Sequence record: OZ330338.1 | Direction: 5' to 3' (one strand) | DNA length: 32,000 bases | Position numbers and translations under genes: made by a program | Notes under the pieces: generated by a model | Told to the model about the DNA's origin: nothing | The model's database searches: none | The model's input: the letters and a program-made list of their open reading frames with translations, nothing else | Shown here: positions 1 through 9,975 of the stretch, one piece after another | Layout of the letters: each line of letters begins with the position of its first letter | Numbering within the stretch: the first letter of the stretch is position 1

Positions 1-4
1 GTTA

Positions 5-76
5 TAGGAGTTAAAGGAATCGAACCTCTACTTACAGTGTGTAAAACCGTTATTCTAACCGTTAAATTAAACCCCC
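5..76 (-). tRNA. trnV: tRNA-Val (anticodon UAC)
   Basis: The reverse complement folds as a cloverleaf. Acceptor GGGGGTT/AACTCCT, anticodon stem ACGGT/ACTGT with loop TTTACAC, T arm AGAGG-TTCGATT-CCTTT. Confidence 0.85.
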
Positions 77-1391
77 TTTTTACAACTTTATGTATATTCT
101 GTTCAAATTGCTTACTCTATTGCAAACAATTGAACCTAATACACAAAAATGTCCCTTTTCATCATTACCAAATTCTATTGCAAACCACAATACACTACTA
201 TTACTTGTTTACACTATTTATGACAACAACTTACTTTCTATCACCCTAGATACAGGAAAAACCGGTACAAAATACTAATGGTAAAATTGATATTAAAGTT
301 CTATTGATATAATAACAAATAAGTATGTATTCTATTACTATAATAATATTGTGATCATACTACTAAAAATAGTAATATTATTGGTAATTTATTGTATATA
401 TTATAATAATAGTAACTTAGTTATTATAAAGAAATGATATGTAATAAATAAATTACTATACTTATACACAATTACCTATATATTCTAAATCTATTGCATT
501 TCTTAGTATTGTGAGAAATAATATACAATTATAGAAACAGAAATTTCTATTTCTGAAAAATACCAATGCTGCAAATGTTTATTTAGAGCCGGCTTCCATA
601 CTCTTAGTCTATTTATTTATCTACACATTTACCTACTTTTGTACACTACCTATAATGTATTGCAATACACCACTAACCACTTAGCGATGTCTGTGTCAGT
701 GTAAGTTGATACACTTATTTCAGAGGAACCTATTTTGTAAAATGACTTGTAGTGTATACACAGGCTTATAGGGCCACAGGACCGGGAAAGGTAAGGGAGA
801 ATGGAAGAGGGCAAAAGGGTGAAGAATATGGATGCAAAGCGCCAGATGTTCATTTATAAAATTATTTTTGAGTTTTGCGAATGACAGTTATTATTCGCAA
901 AAACTTTATTTGAACTGTTCTATTACTAGTTTCGCAAAAAAATAAAATTGATCAGTTACTGATCAGTTACAATTGTTAAACTAATTTTAGTGTTTTTAAT
1001 TATTAAATTACTTATTATAATATATCTTTCTTTACTATTCTGGTATAGTATAAATTATTATAATTTTATATTAAAAAATAATAGGATATAAGTAATATAG
1101 TATTATATTACTATTTATTAATATTATCGATAATAAAGCTAGCATCAAATATTTGTCCAGTACAAGTATACTAATTATAAAAATAATATAAATAGAAAAT
1201 TTGCAAATATATCACTATCAATATTAATATCAACCTACCTCATTAACCTTGTTTCCAGTATTAATACAATATTATAATAATAAATTATTTATTATAATAG
1301 TTTACGTTTTTATTAAAACTATTATTATATTATTGTTTAGAAACAGTTCTTTATAAAAATAATAGAGCATCAATAATATTAATTACGAAAT

Positions 1392-1538
1392 ATGCCACAA
1401 TCACTTCCTTTTTACTTTGTAAATCAAGTATCATTTACATTTCTATTTCTATTTATTTGTATTTATATTATGTCACGTTATATTCTACCTGCATTTCTAG
1501 AACTATATGTAGTACGAATGTATATTACTAAACTATAA
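1392..1538 (+). CDS. atp8: ATP synthase F0 subunit 8 (48 aa; too short for the ORF track)
   Basis: Hand translation gives [48 protein letters not shown]. It has the canonical fungal atp8 N-terminus MPQ..PFYF, a single hydrophobic helix and a basic tail. It lies upstream of atp6, as usual. Confidence 0.9.
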   Translation: MPQSLPFYFVNQVSFTFLFLFICIYIMSRYILPAFLELYVVRMYITKL

Positions 1539-2114
1539 TTACAAATAATATTCTATACTATTAACTTTAACTTTAACTGTTACTGTCGCAAATTGTAAAC
1601 AACAATTATTTTTTTGTAGGCTGCGAAAACGAAGCAGCCGTTTATTTTATCTTATTAGTATTAAAATAAATATAAACATAGAATAGCTAAACACAAATGT
1701 TACTAGTATTCTATTTGTTAAACTATGTTAGACAAATACTAATAATTTCCTAATTTATTCAAACAAATTTTTCAAGTACTCAATTTAAATTAAGTACTTG
1801 TATAGTAATTGTACTTGTATAGAGTTAGCATTTAATATTAGTTTTTACTAATCATTAAATTATATTTTTGCTGCTAACTACTATTAATCGCAAATTTAAT
1901 TCTTTTAATTATAATTTAATGCCAATAATTTATAATCAAAAACCAATTTCTATTCTTCATAAATAATAAAAAAGGTCATATACTGCTTGACTAAATAAGT
2001 ATATTTAAAAAGAATAGTAATTTCCAGTAATTTAATTTATTACATTATATTATTAGCGTATATTAATTTTTTTGCGAAAAATAGAAAATTATTTACAATA
2101 TTTTTTTAAATTTT

Positions 2115-2939
2115 ATGCATTTGCATATATATCTATTTATAACAACAATGATTTATATTTATTCACCTCTAGAACAATTTGAAGTTCAAAGTCTAATTTC
2201 AATAAATTTTCCTATTCTTGGTTATATTCATTTTAGTCTAACAAATCTAGGACTTTATACAATTATTACTAGTTTTCTAGTACTAGCTATTCATTTTGTT
2301 AGTCTAAACAATAACCAAGGTTCACAAAGCAGTCGTGTTCAACCATCACGATGGACAATTTCACTAGAAACTAGTTATCAAAGTCTACATGATCTAGTAA
2401 AAGGTCAAATTGGTCAAACAAATGAAATGTACCTACCATTTATTTATACACTATTTTTCTTTCTACTAATTGCTAATCTAAATGGTAATATTCCTTATGG
2501 ATTTACAATTACTACATCACTATGTACTAGTATTGGTCTAAGTGTATGTATTTTCCTAGGTGTAACAATTCTAGGTATTATGCGACATAAAGTTCATTTC
2601 TTTTCATTTTTTGTACCTAGTGGTACACCACTAGTACTAGTTCCACTACTAGTTCCTATTGAAGTTATTAGTTATGTTAGTCGAGCATTTTCACTTGGTA
2701 TTCGGCTATTTGCCAATATGACAGCTGGACATACACTACTTAAAATTCTAAGTAGTTTTCTTTACCCTATGTTTACAGGTGGTATTATTATTAGTATTAT
2801 TACACTAATTCCATTTACTATTTTTGTAGGACTAATTGGACTAGAAATTGCAGTAAGTTTCATTCAAGCTTATGTATTTACTATTCTGACAGCTAGCTAT
2901 CTTAAAGATGCTATTGATCTACATTTATTATTAAAATAA
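2115..2939 (+). CDS. atp6: ATP synthase F0 subunit 6 (a)
   Basis: The 274-aa ORF has the SPLEQFEV mature N-terminus, plus RLFANMTAGH and AVSFIQAYVFTILTASYLKD motifs. An alternative ATG at 2148 would give a shorter presequence. Confidence 0.97.
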   Translation: MHLHIYLFITTMIYIYSPLEQFEVQSLISINFPILGYIHFSLTNLGLYTIITSFLVLAIHFVSLNNNQGSQSSRVQPSRWTISLETSYQSLHDLVKGQIGQTNEMYLPFIYTLFFFLLIANLNGNIPYGFTITTSLCTSIGLSVCIFLGVTILGIMRHKVHFFSFFVPSGTPLVLVPLLVPIEVISYVSRAFSLGIRLFANMTAGHTLLKILSSFLYPMFTGGIIISIITLIPFTIFVGLIGLEIAVSFIQAYVFTILTASYLKDAIDLHLLLK

Positions 2940-3170
2940 TAATTCATTCTTCTTAACTAGAATAGCAAAGCTATTGTTGTTTTTTCTATTCATAATGAAA
3001 CTAATCTATTTTTAAATACCTACTGCTGCTTCGCCTGCTTTGCCTGCTGCTAGCGTATTTAAAATTTTGATAAAATAATCTATTATTATTTTAATTATTA
3101 AAACGTTATCTTATAATTTATTATAAATTACTATCCTTTTAATAATTATAATTAAAATAGTAACTATAAT

Positions 3171-3232
3171 AGCGAAGCTAGAAATAGAATAATAATTATA
3201 CTAGCTTCGCTATAAATAGAATAATAATTATA
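3171..3232. repeat. Tandem ~32-bp unit: TAGC-GAA-GCTA-type hairpin followed by AAATAGAATAATAATTATA
   Basis: AAATAGAATAATAATTATA occurs at 3182-3200 and 3214-3232. One copy is preceded by AGCGAAGCTA and the other by its complement CTAGCTTCGCTA. Confidence 0.8.
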
Positions 3233-3646
3233 ATAGTAATAATGCTAGCAAAGCAAGCTAGTATAATTATTATCATCAATAATAATACTATTCATCATTT
3301 ATATATCATAGTAATAAAGTTATAATCCTATTTGTTATCTTTCTTATTTATAGCGAAGCTAGTATAGTTATTTCTTGATATAAAGAACGTATTATACAAT
3401 TTATAAAATCTATTAAGTAATATATATATAATACTTTCGCAATTTAAAACTTTATTATAAATATTGTAAAAAAAAAAAAAATACAATTATAAATAAAGTT
3501 AATTTTCTATTGCATAATCATTCTAGTGATTTTTAAACACTAATGCTACCGCTTTGCAGCAAACCAGCATTTTTGAAGAAAAGACAAAGACAAATACAAA
3601 TATAAATATAATCATGAAAACAAAGTAAATGGGCTTTTTAGTCTTT

Positions 3647-3733
3647 CGGACGCGAAGAGATTCGAACTCTTGACTTCTTTAACGAAGTACCTAGTTTCAA
3701 GCTAGGGGCTTTCAACCACTCAGCCACACGTCC
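3647..3733 (-). tRNA. trnS: tRNA-Ser (anticodon UGA), long variable arm
   Basis: Reverse complement is GGACGTG..CGCGTCC. Anticodon stem CCTAG/CTAGG with loop CTTGAAA, variable-arm stem ACTTC/GAAGT, T arm AAGAG-TTCGAAT-CTCTT. Confidence 0.92.
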
Positions 3734-4231
3734 TTTTATATAAAGGATTATTATTATCATTATTATACAATGAATTTTAACTATCCTTTTAATAATTATA
3801 ATTTATTGTGTAGTTAACTAATTTGTAATTTGGCCGTTAACTACTATACTTTTTTGTAACTACACTATTGAACAAATAGTAATTTATAAATATATTTATA
3901 TTTTATAAATAAAAATTATTAAAATGCACCAATGCTTGCTTTTTATGCAACTCAAAAAACACCCAGAATATTTTTACCATCATTAATTATTCTGGCTTTT
4001 TCTGTATTGTTAGAAAATTTACAATTTAAAGTTAAAGTTAAGTTTAGTATTTTAAAATTTAGTGATAAGTTGTTATAAATAGTGTAAACAAGTAATAGTA
4101 ATGTATCTAAAGACGGCCAAAATAGATAGTTGGAATAAATTTATCTAAAAAAGCGTTAAGTTTAAAAAAAAACATATTTTTTCAACAAATAAAATCATTT
4201 TTGTGTTAACTATAAATAATATAATAATATT

Positions 4232-4314
4232 TGCGAAGGTAGGATTCGAACCTACTATGGCCTTAGCCAATGCTTTTACAGAGCACCTCCTAAACCAAAT
4301 TAGAAATCTCCGCA
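4232..4314 (-). tRNA. trnY: tRNA-Tyr (anticodon GUA), long variable arm
   Basis: On the reverse complement: acceptor TGCGGAG/CTTCGCA, anticodon stem GTGCT/AGCAT with loop CTGTAAA, variable stem GGC/GCC, T arm GTAGG-TTCGAAT-CCTAC. Confidence 0.88.
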
Positions 4315-4320
4315 CTTTTA

Positions 4321-4393
4321 TGCCTCGAACTGGAATCGAACCAATTCCCTAGAAGCTTCAATTCTATACTCTAACCTTTTAAGCTATCGAGGC
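4321..4393 (-). tRNA. trnF: tRNA-Phe (anticodon GAA)
   Basis: On the reverse complement: acceptor GCCTCGA/TCGAGGC, anticodon stem TAGAA/TTCTA with loop TTGAAGC, T arm ATTGG-TTCGATT-CCAGT. It lies 6 nt from trnY. Confidence 0.92.
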
Positions 4394-4774
4394 TATAATA
4401 TATTAATACTTATATTTCTATATATTACTGCTTTGCAGCAATAGAATAATTAAATTAATATACGCTAAGTAACTATAAAAGTACATTTAGCTACTTTTAT
4501 ATAGTTACTATTATAATGAAATTATTTTTTTTGCGACCAATAATAATACCTAGCAACTTCGCAGCCAGTACAAACATTTGCTTAAATAAAATATATTTTT
4601 TGAAACTTTAAAACACAATGCTTATGCTTGTTTGACAGCCAAGCATTCTATCTATTGGGAAAATGGATGAATACTATACTGCTTCGCCTTCGCAGCAGAG
4701 AGGTGAAATGTGAGCCCTTATTATATAATATATAGAGATAAGTTAATTTATTTACACACTGGTAAAAAGGAAAG

Positions 4775-4847
4775 TGGAGACAGCGAGATTTGAACTCGCG
4801 TTTTTTCTATGCAACAGAAACGTACTACCAGGCTATACTATGTCCCC
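4775..4847 (-). tRNA. trnA: tRNA-Ala (anticodon UGC)
   Basis: On the reverse complement: acceptor GGGGACA/TGTCTCC containing the G3:U70 Ala identity pair, anticodon stem TTTCT/AGAAA with loop GTTGCAT, T arm GCGAG-TTCAAAT-CTCGC. Confidence 0.92.
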
Positions 4848-5642
4848 TGCTTTTTTTATATTTAATTGCAAATTATATACGTTCCTGCTAGGCCCATTAA
4901 TAGGACAAAATTAATAATCTTACTTATTAACCAGTGCATTAAATGCCCACATTACACAACATTAACTACGCTTGAAGAAGCAACATTGGATAAATAGTTA
5001 TTTATAGTCTGGAGCTAAATAAATTGATATAGTATTTTAAAAGTGAACATATATTTTTCTTTTAACATAACTATTATAGTTTATAATTATTAATTATAAT
5101 ATTGTGAATAATAGATATATTCTTTTTATAACAAAAAATTATAGAAAAAAATAATATACGCTACGAAGGTAGCTAGAAAAAAATAAGTTAATGGTTTGCT
5201 GCAAAGCAGCACTAACTTATATAATTTTATATTAGCTTGCTTAGCATTGTGTAATAAATTAATAAATTGCGAATAATTAGATAAATAGTTCAATATAGAA
5301 TTAGCATGAGAAAAAGGGTTATTAATAAAATTATAATTAAAATCGTTATAGAATAATTATAATAATAGTAATGAAGCTATTATAGTTACTATTATTCGCA
5401 ATTATTATAAATTTGCGGAAAAAAGGAAAGTATATAATTTTGTATATATTTAAAGTTTTAAATTGCGAATAATATAAATTGTATATATTAATAATATATA
5501 ACAATATTGTTATACCAAAACTACGTTACAAATTCATCCATTTATATGATTAACTTTAACTTTATTCATTTTAGTACTTTGCTGCTTTGAATAGTATATT
5601 ACTATAAAAATATAAGTAAACAACTTTAAATAAAAAACAGGT

Positions 5643-7010
5643 TATTTATCTGCCAGCCACAAGTTCACTTACGGCTACTCTGCTATAACTTCACCTCGGT
5701 AATAAGGCTGCTGATCTACGTAAAATTAAAAATATATCTATTTTTAATATAGTATTCGCAACTTCCTTACGACCAACGTGTGATAGACTATTAGTACCTC
5801 CTAAATATCGTAGTTCACCGTTGCGTACTAATCAACGATTACTCGGAATTCCTATTTTATATAGTCGAATTTCAGACTATAATCCATTAGATTCTTATTT
5901 TACTGATTAGCTCCATTTTTCAATATTGCATCAGTTTGTTAGAAAAATGTAGCACGTCTATAGCCCATACTCCATAAGGGTCATGAAGGCTTGTCTTATT
6001 CCTTTAATATAATCTTTTTGATTATATATTTAAGTATTATGTCTTAAATAAAGGGTTACGTCCGTTTGTGGAATTAACCTAACGTCTTGCGACACGGACT
6101 GACGACAGCCATGCAACGCCTGTTATTATAATATTTATTATATTTATAATTAAATTCAAGGAGAGGTAAGATTCTACGCGGATCATCGTATTAAATAACA
6201 TGCTCCACTCCGGGTCTCTAGGATGGTCTAATCTTTTTGTTTTCTGTCCTGAAACAGTACTTACAAGGTGTTACACTAAACGCAATTTGCTTTTTGTTAG
6301 ATTATGATTACCAAACATTAGTGTAAATCGTTTACAGTAAGGACTACAGGGGTATCTAATCCTTTTTGCTACCCAAACTTTCATCCCTCAGCGTCAATCT
6401 TTACTTGGTTAATTGCCTTCGCCCTTAATGTTCTACTAAAGATTTGCGGATATCAGCCCTACTTCTAGCATTCCAAAAACCTCTATTAGATTCTAGTGTT
6501 TTATACACCGCCTACAGATCCTTTATACCTATTAAAACCATTTAACGTTTGCCCAGTTCGTATAACCGCGTCTGCTGGCACGATACTTAGATTGGACTTA
6601 TTTATAGTAAGGTAACGTCATTATCCTCCCTTACGACACTCTAGAGTATATACTCTTTTATAGAGTTCTGGTTAGCTGGGTCACTCTTCCGAGCATTGCC
6701 CAAGATTCTCCTCTGCTGCATGTTTCAAGAACACGACCGGTCGCTCTCAAACCGATTGCGGGAATTGAAGCTTTCGCTCTTTCCTATCCGTATGGCTAAA
6801 TTTGTAATGATTTTTTAAATTTTTTCATAAATTTAATACCTGCTGGAAATCTATTTTATCTAATTTATTATTAAATTAGGTAATAAATAGTTTATCCTCG
6901 CCTTTGGCTCTAAAATACAATTTATATATGTATATAAATTGTAAATTACAACTTGCATGAGTAAAACTACCAGACAACGTTCAAACTGTACTAAGATTAA
7001 ATACTTAATT
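5643..7010 (-). rRNA. rns: Mitochondrial small-subunit rRNA (ends approximate, +/- ~15 nt)
   Basis: The reverse complement carries universal SSU motifs: GTGCCAGCAGACGCGGTTATAC (6560-6581), GGATTAGATACCCCTGTAGTCC (6341-6362) and GCATGGCTGTCGTCAG (6099-6114). The 5' segment TTTGAACGTTGTCTGGTAGTTTTACTCATGCAAGT lies near 6950-6985. The 3' end resembles bacterial ..GTAGCCGTA..CTGCGGCTGGAT near 5650-5680. Confidence 0.95.
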
Positions 7011-7360
7011 TAATACATTATATAATTACTATATATTTTTATAATAAAATTATTATTATTATATATAGTAATAATATAAATACTGCTTAAAATAAACATA
7101 AACAGCAATGGATTTCTTATACTTGCTTCGCTACTATAACTTAACTTTATAATCCTTTTTATAAATAAATAATATTATATTATTATTATTTTAATAATAA
7201 TAGTACTATTAAAATAGTATTAAAAATTATAATAAATAAATACGCTTTCTTTTTTATTAATAAAAAAGAGCAAATTAGTTATAATAAAATAACTAATAAT
7301 AGGAATTTTTAAAGTATTGTAATAAAAGAAAAATGAAATCTTTCTAATCTATATGTTTCT

Positions 7361-7440
7361 TATATATATATATATATATATATCTATCTATTTATCTATT
7401 TATACATTGATATCTATCTATTTATATATTTATACATTGA
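7361..7440. repeat. (TA)n microsatellite followed by a 30-bp tandem duplication
   Basis: (TA)n spans 7361-7382. The units TATCTATCTATTTATCTATTTATACATTGA (7381-7410) and TATCTATCTATTTATATATTTATACATTGA (7411-7440) differ at one base. Confidence 0.85.
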
Positions 7441-7585
7441 CATAAATATATACACTATAAATAATCTGTTTTATGAGTTTTATATATTTATAAGTTAATA
7501 TATACAATAATATATTATTGCTATTTTCGCAATTTATTTAGCAATAATCTTATTATTATCTACGTATTTAAATAATTGAATTATA

Positions 7586-7659
7586 GGGAATCTAGCATAA
7601 TTGGTTAATGTCCTAAATTGTCAGTTCAGTGGATGCCAGTTCGAATCTGGTGGTTCTCG
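7586..7659 (+). tRNA. trnD: tRNA-Asp (anticodon GUC)
   Basis: Acceptor GGGAATC/GGTTCTC, D stem GCAT/ATGT, anticodon stem CTAAA/TTCAG (one A-C mismatch) with loop TTGTCAG, T arm GCCAG-TTCGAAT-CTGGT. Confidence 0.85.
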
Positions 7660-8992
7660 TTATTTTCTTCTTTATTTACTTTTACCATTATAAATATAGA
7701 GTAATATATATATATTTGTCTATATATATTTATATCTTTAATTAATTACAACAATTCTTTTGTCGCCTCTCATTTTTATTTTAAATTGCTCAAACAATAA
7801 CAATCATTGAACAACAACAACAGAAATAGACTAGTTACACTAAGGTGAAGCACTATTGGTCTTTGGTATATAGAATTGAACATATTTGAAATTATAGTAG
7901 TATAAATAATATACGCTTCGCTAGTGTTACTATTACTATTTTTATAGGATTAACTAATTCTGATAGTCGAAAAAAAATAATATTATTTTTTAATAATTTC
8001 AATTATTCATATATCATTTCAGGTTCAATAATCTATATCGATTAACGTAATTTATTCTAAGTATACTAGTAATTGCTGACTTATTTTATTGCGAAAAAAT
8101 GATCTTATTTATTTTATGTCTAGTTACAATAATAGGATAGTAAAAAAAGGTAAAAAATCAATATCAATTTAAACTAAAATAAACATCTACCCTACTTGTA
8201 AATTATATCAAAAATAAGGTATAAAAATAAAAGATCTATTAATGTCAATAATTTATACTATAAATTAAATTATTGATGCTGCTTCGCTGCCTTCACAATT
8301 AATATAGTTAATTAACTATATAATATTCATATGTAAATATAAATAATAATATATTTTACAATGAAGAGTATATTCATTTATTGTGAAATAAAAATTTTAT
8401 AATATATATATATTGTGTTATCTAGAAGCATCATAAGTTTTATGTATTTATAGTATAAATTAAATCGCAAATTTTTATTTTTAGCGAAGCTATAGCGAAG
8501 CTAACATAGTCATTTTTTTAAGTTAATAAAGAAGTGTTTTTAAAACTTTCTATTTTTCCTAATTTATCTGATTTTATCGAAACTACAATAAATTTAACTA
8601 TATTATTTATTTATAGCAGAGCGTATTTTATTATTAAAATAAAGTTAAACTAACAATTTATAATTAAACTGTAATACACTAATAATGTATCGATAAAATA
8701 ATCATTTTATCATAATATATTTGTACGCATATAAACAGACAGGAAAATTTTTATAATTAAATTATATAAATTGTGATATATCCATTTCTAATAGAAGTAA
8801 ACTGTAATTAGTTTACATAAATACTATTCCTTATTGATAGGACGGTGCAGGTGAAAGATTTCTTCATACTTAGTACCAATTTAAAATGGATACAATTGTA
8901 GTGTAGACAAAAGTGATATTTTTATGGATGAATAAATTTTATTATAATTATTTATAATTAAATTGACTTTCTTTAGTTAATTATTTTATTAA

Positions 8993-9259
8993 ATGAATCT
9001 AAGTATTCTTCTATTTCTAATTGGTATTCTAGGTTTTGTTCTTAATCGTAAAAATATTATTCTAATACTAATTTCTATTGAACTAATGCTTCTAGCTACA
9101 ACACTGCTAATTCTAGTAAGTAGTTATAGTTTTGATGACATTCTTGGACAAACTTATAGTATTTACATTATTGCTATTGCTGGTGCTGAAAGTGCTATTG
9201 GACTAGGTATTCTAGTTTGTTATTATCGACTACGAGGTAATATTAATGTAAATTCATAA
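8993..9259 (+). CDS. nad4L: NADH dehydrogenase subunit 4L
   Basis: 88-aa hydrophobic ORF MNLSILLFLIGILGFVLNRKN..AIAGAESAIGLGILV. Its stop TAA overlaps the nad5 ATG by 1 nt (TAATG), which is the typical fungal arrangement. Confidence 0.97.
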   Translation: MNLSILLFLIGILGFVLNRKNIILILISIELMLLATTLLILVSSYSFDDILGQTYSIYIIAIAGAESAIGLGILVCYYRLRGNINVNS

Positions 9260-9975
9260 TGTATCTTAGTCTAATTTTTATTCCTATACTAGGTAGTATT
9301 GCTGCAGGGCTTCTAGGACGTAAAGTAGGAACAATAGGAGCACAACTAATTACTACACTATGTCTACTAATTAGTACTATTCTAGCACTAATTGCATTTT
9401 ATGAAATTGGATTTTGTAAAAGTAGTGTAACTATTAATCTATTTAGTTGGATTGACAGTGAGGTTATAGATGTATCTTGAACATTTATATTTGATAGTCT
9501 AACAACTTCTATGCTTCTAGCAGTACTAATTGTAAGTTTTCTAGTACATGTATTTTCAATAGATTATATAAGCAGTGATCCTCATAATCAACGATTTTTT
9601 AGTTATCTAAGTATATTTACTTTTTTCATAATTATTCTAGTTACTGGTGATAATTATCTAATTATATTTGTAGGTTGGGAAGGAATTGGTATTAGTAGTT
9701 ATCTACTAATTAATTTTTGGTTTACTCGTATTCAAGCTAATAAAAGTGCTATTAAAGCACTAGTTACAAATCGAATTGGAGATATGTTTCTAAGTATTTC
9801 TTTTTTTGCTATATTTATAGTATATGGTAATGTAGATTATTCAACTATTTTTAGTATTAGTCCATTTATTAATGAACAAATAATTACATTTATTGGTCTA
9901 CTACTACTACTAGGTGCAATAGGAAAAAGTGCTCAATTTGGTCTTCATGTTTGGCTACCTGATGCTATGGAAGGT
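9259..9975 (+). CDS. nad5: NADH dehydrogenase subunit 5, exon 1
   Basis: Track ORFs 9259-9480 and 9511-9978 join through an in-frame TGA (9478-9480) at the conserved Trp of ..[12 protein letters not shown]... The exon ends ..[10 protein letters not shown] and its last base is T. The following frame hits a stop within about 25 codons. Confidence 0.93.

Larger units (their letters stand above)
3130..3803. repeat. 24-bp exact direct repeat pair ACTATCCTTTTAATAATTATAATT (3130-3153 and 3780-3803) flanking trnS(UGA)
   Basis: Both copies were read directly from the sequence and are identical over 24 nt. Confidence 0.85.

Noticed and set aside
37-278. Track ORFs 37-249 and 90-278 (+)
   Set aside because: They overlap the minus-strand trnV and run into AT-rich spacer. 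They show no similarity to any mitochondrial protein I recognise. Their codon usage, rich in TTA and other AT-rich codons, is unlike the core genes. I treat them as chance ORFs.
650-853. Track ORF 650-853 (-), 67 aa, in a relatively GC-rich island
   Set aside because: The peptide has no recognisable family features. The island resembles the other non-coding purine- or pyrimidine-rich blocks (14276-14330, 24115-24150). I kept it only as a possible distant member of the GC-island repeat family, not as a gene.
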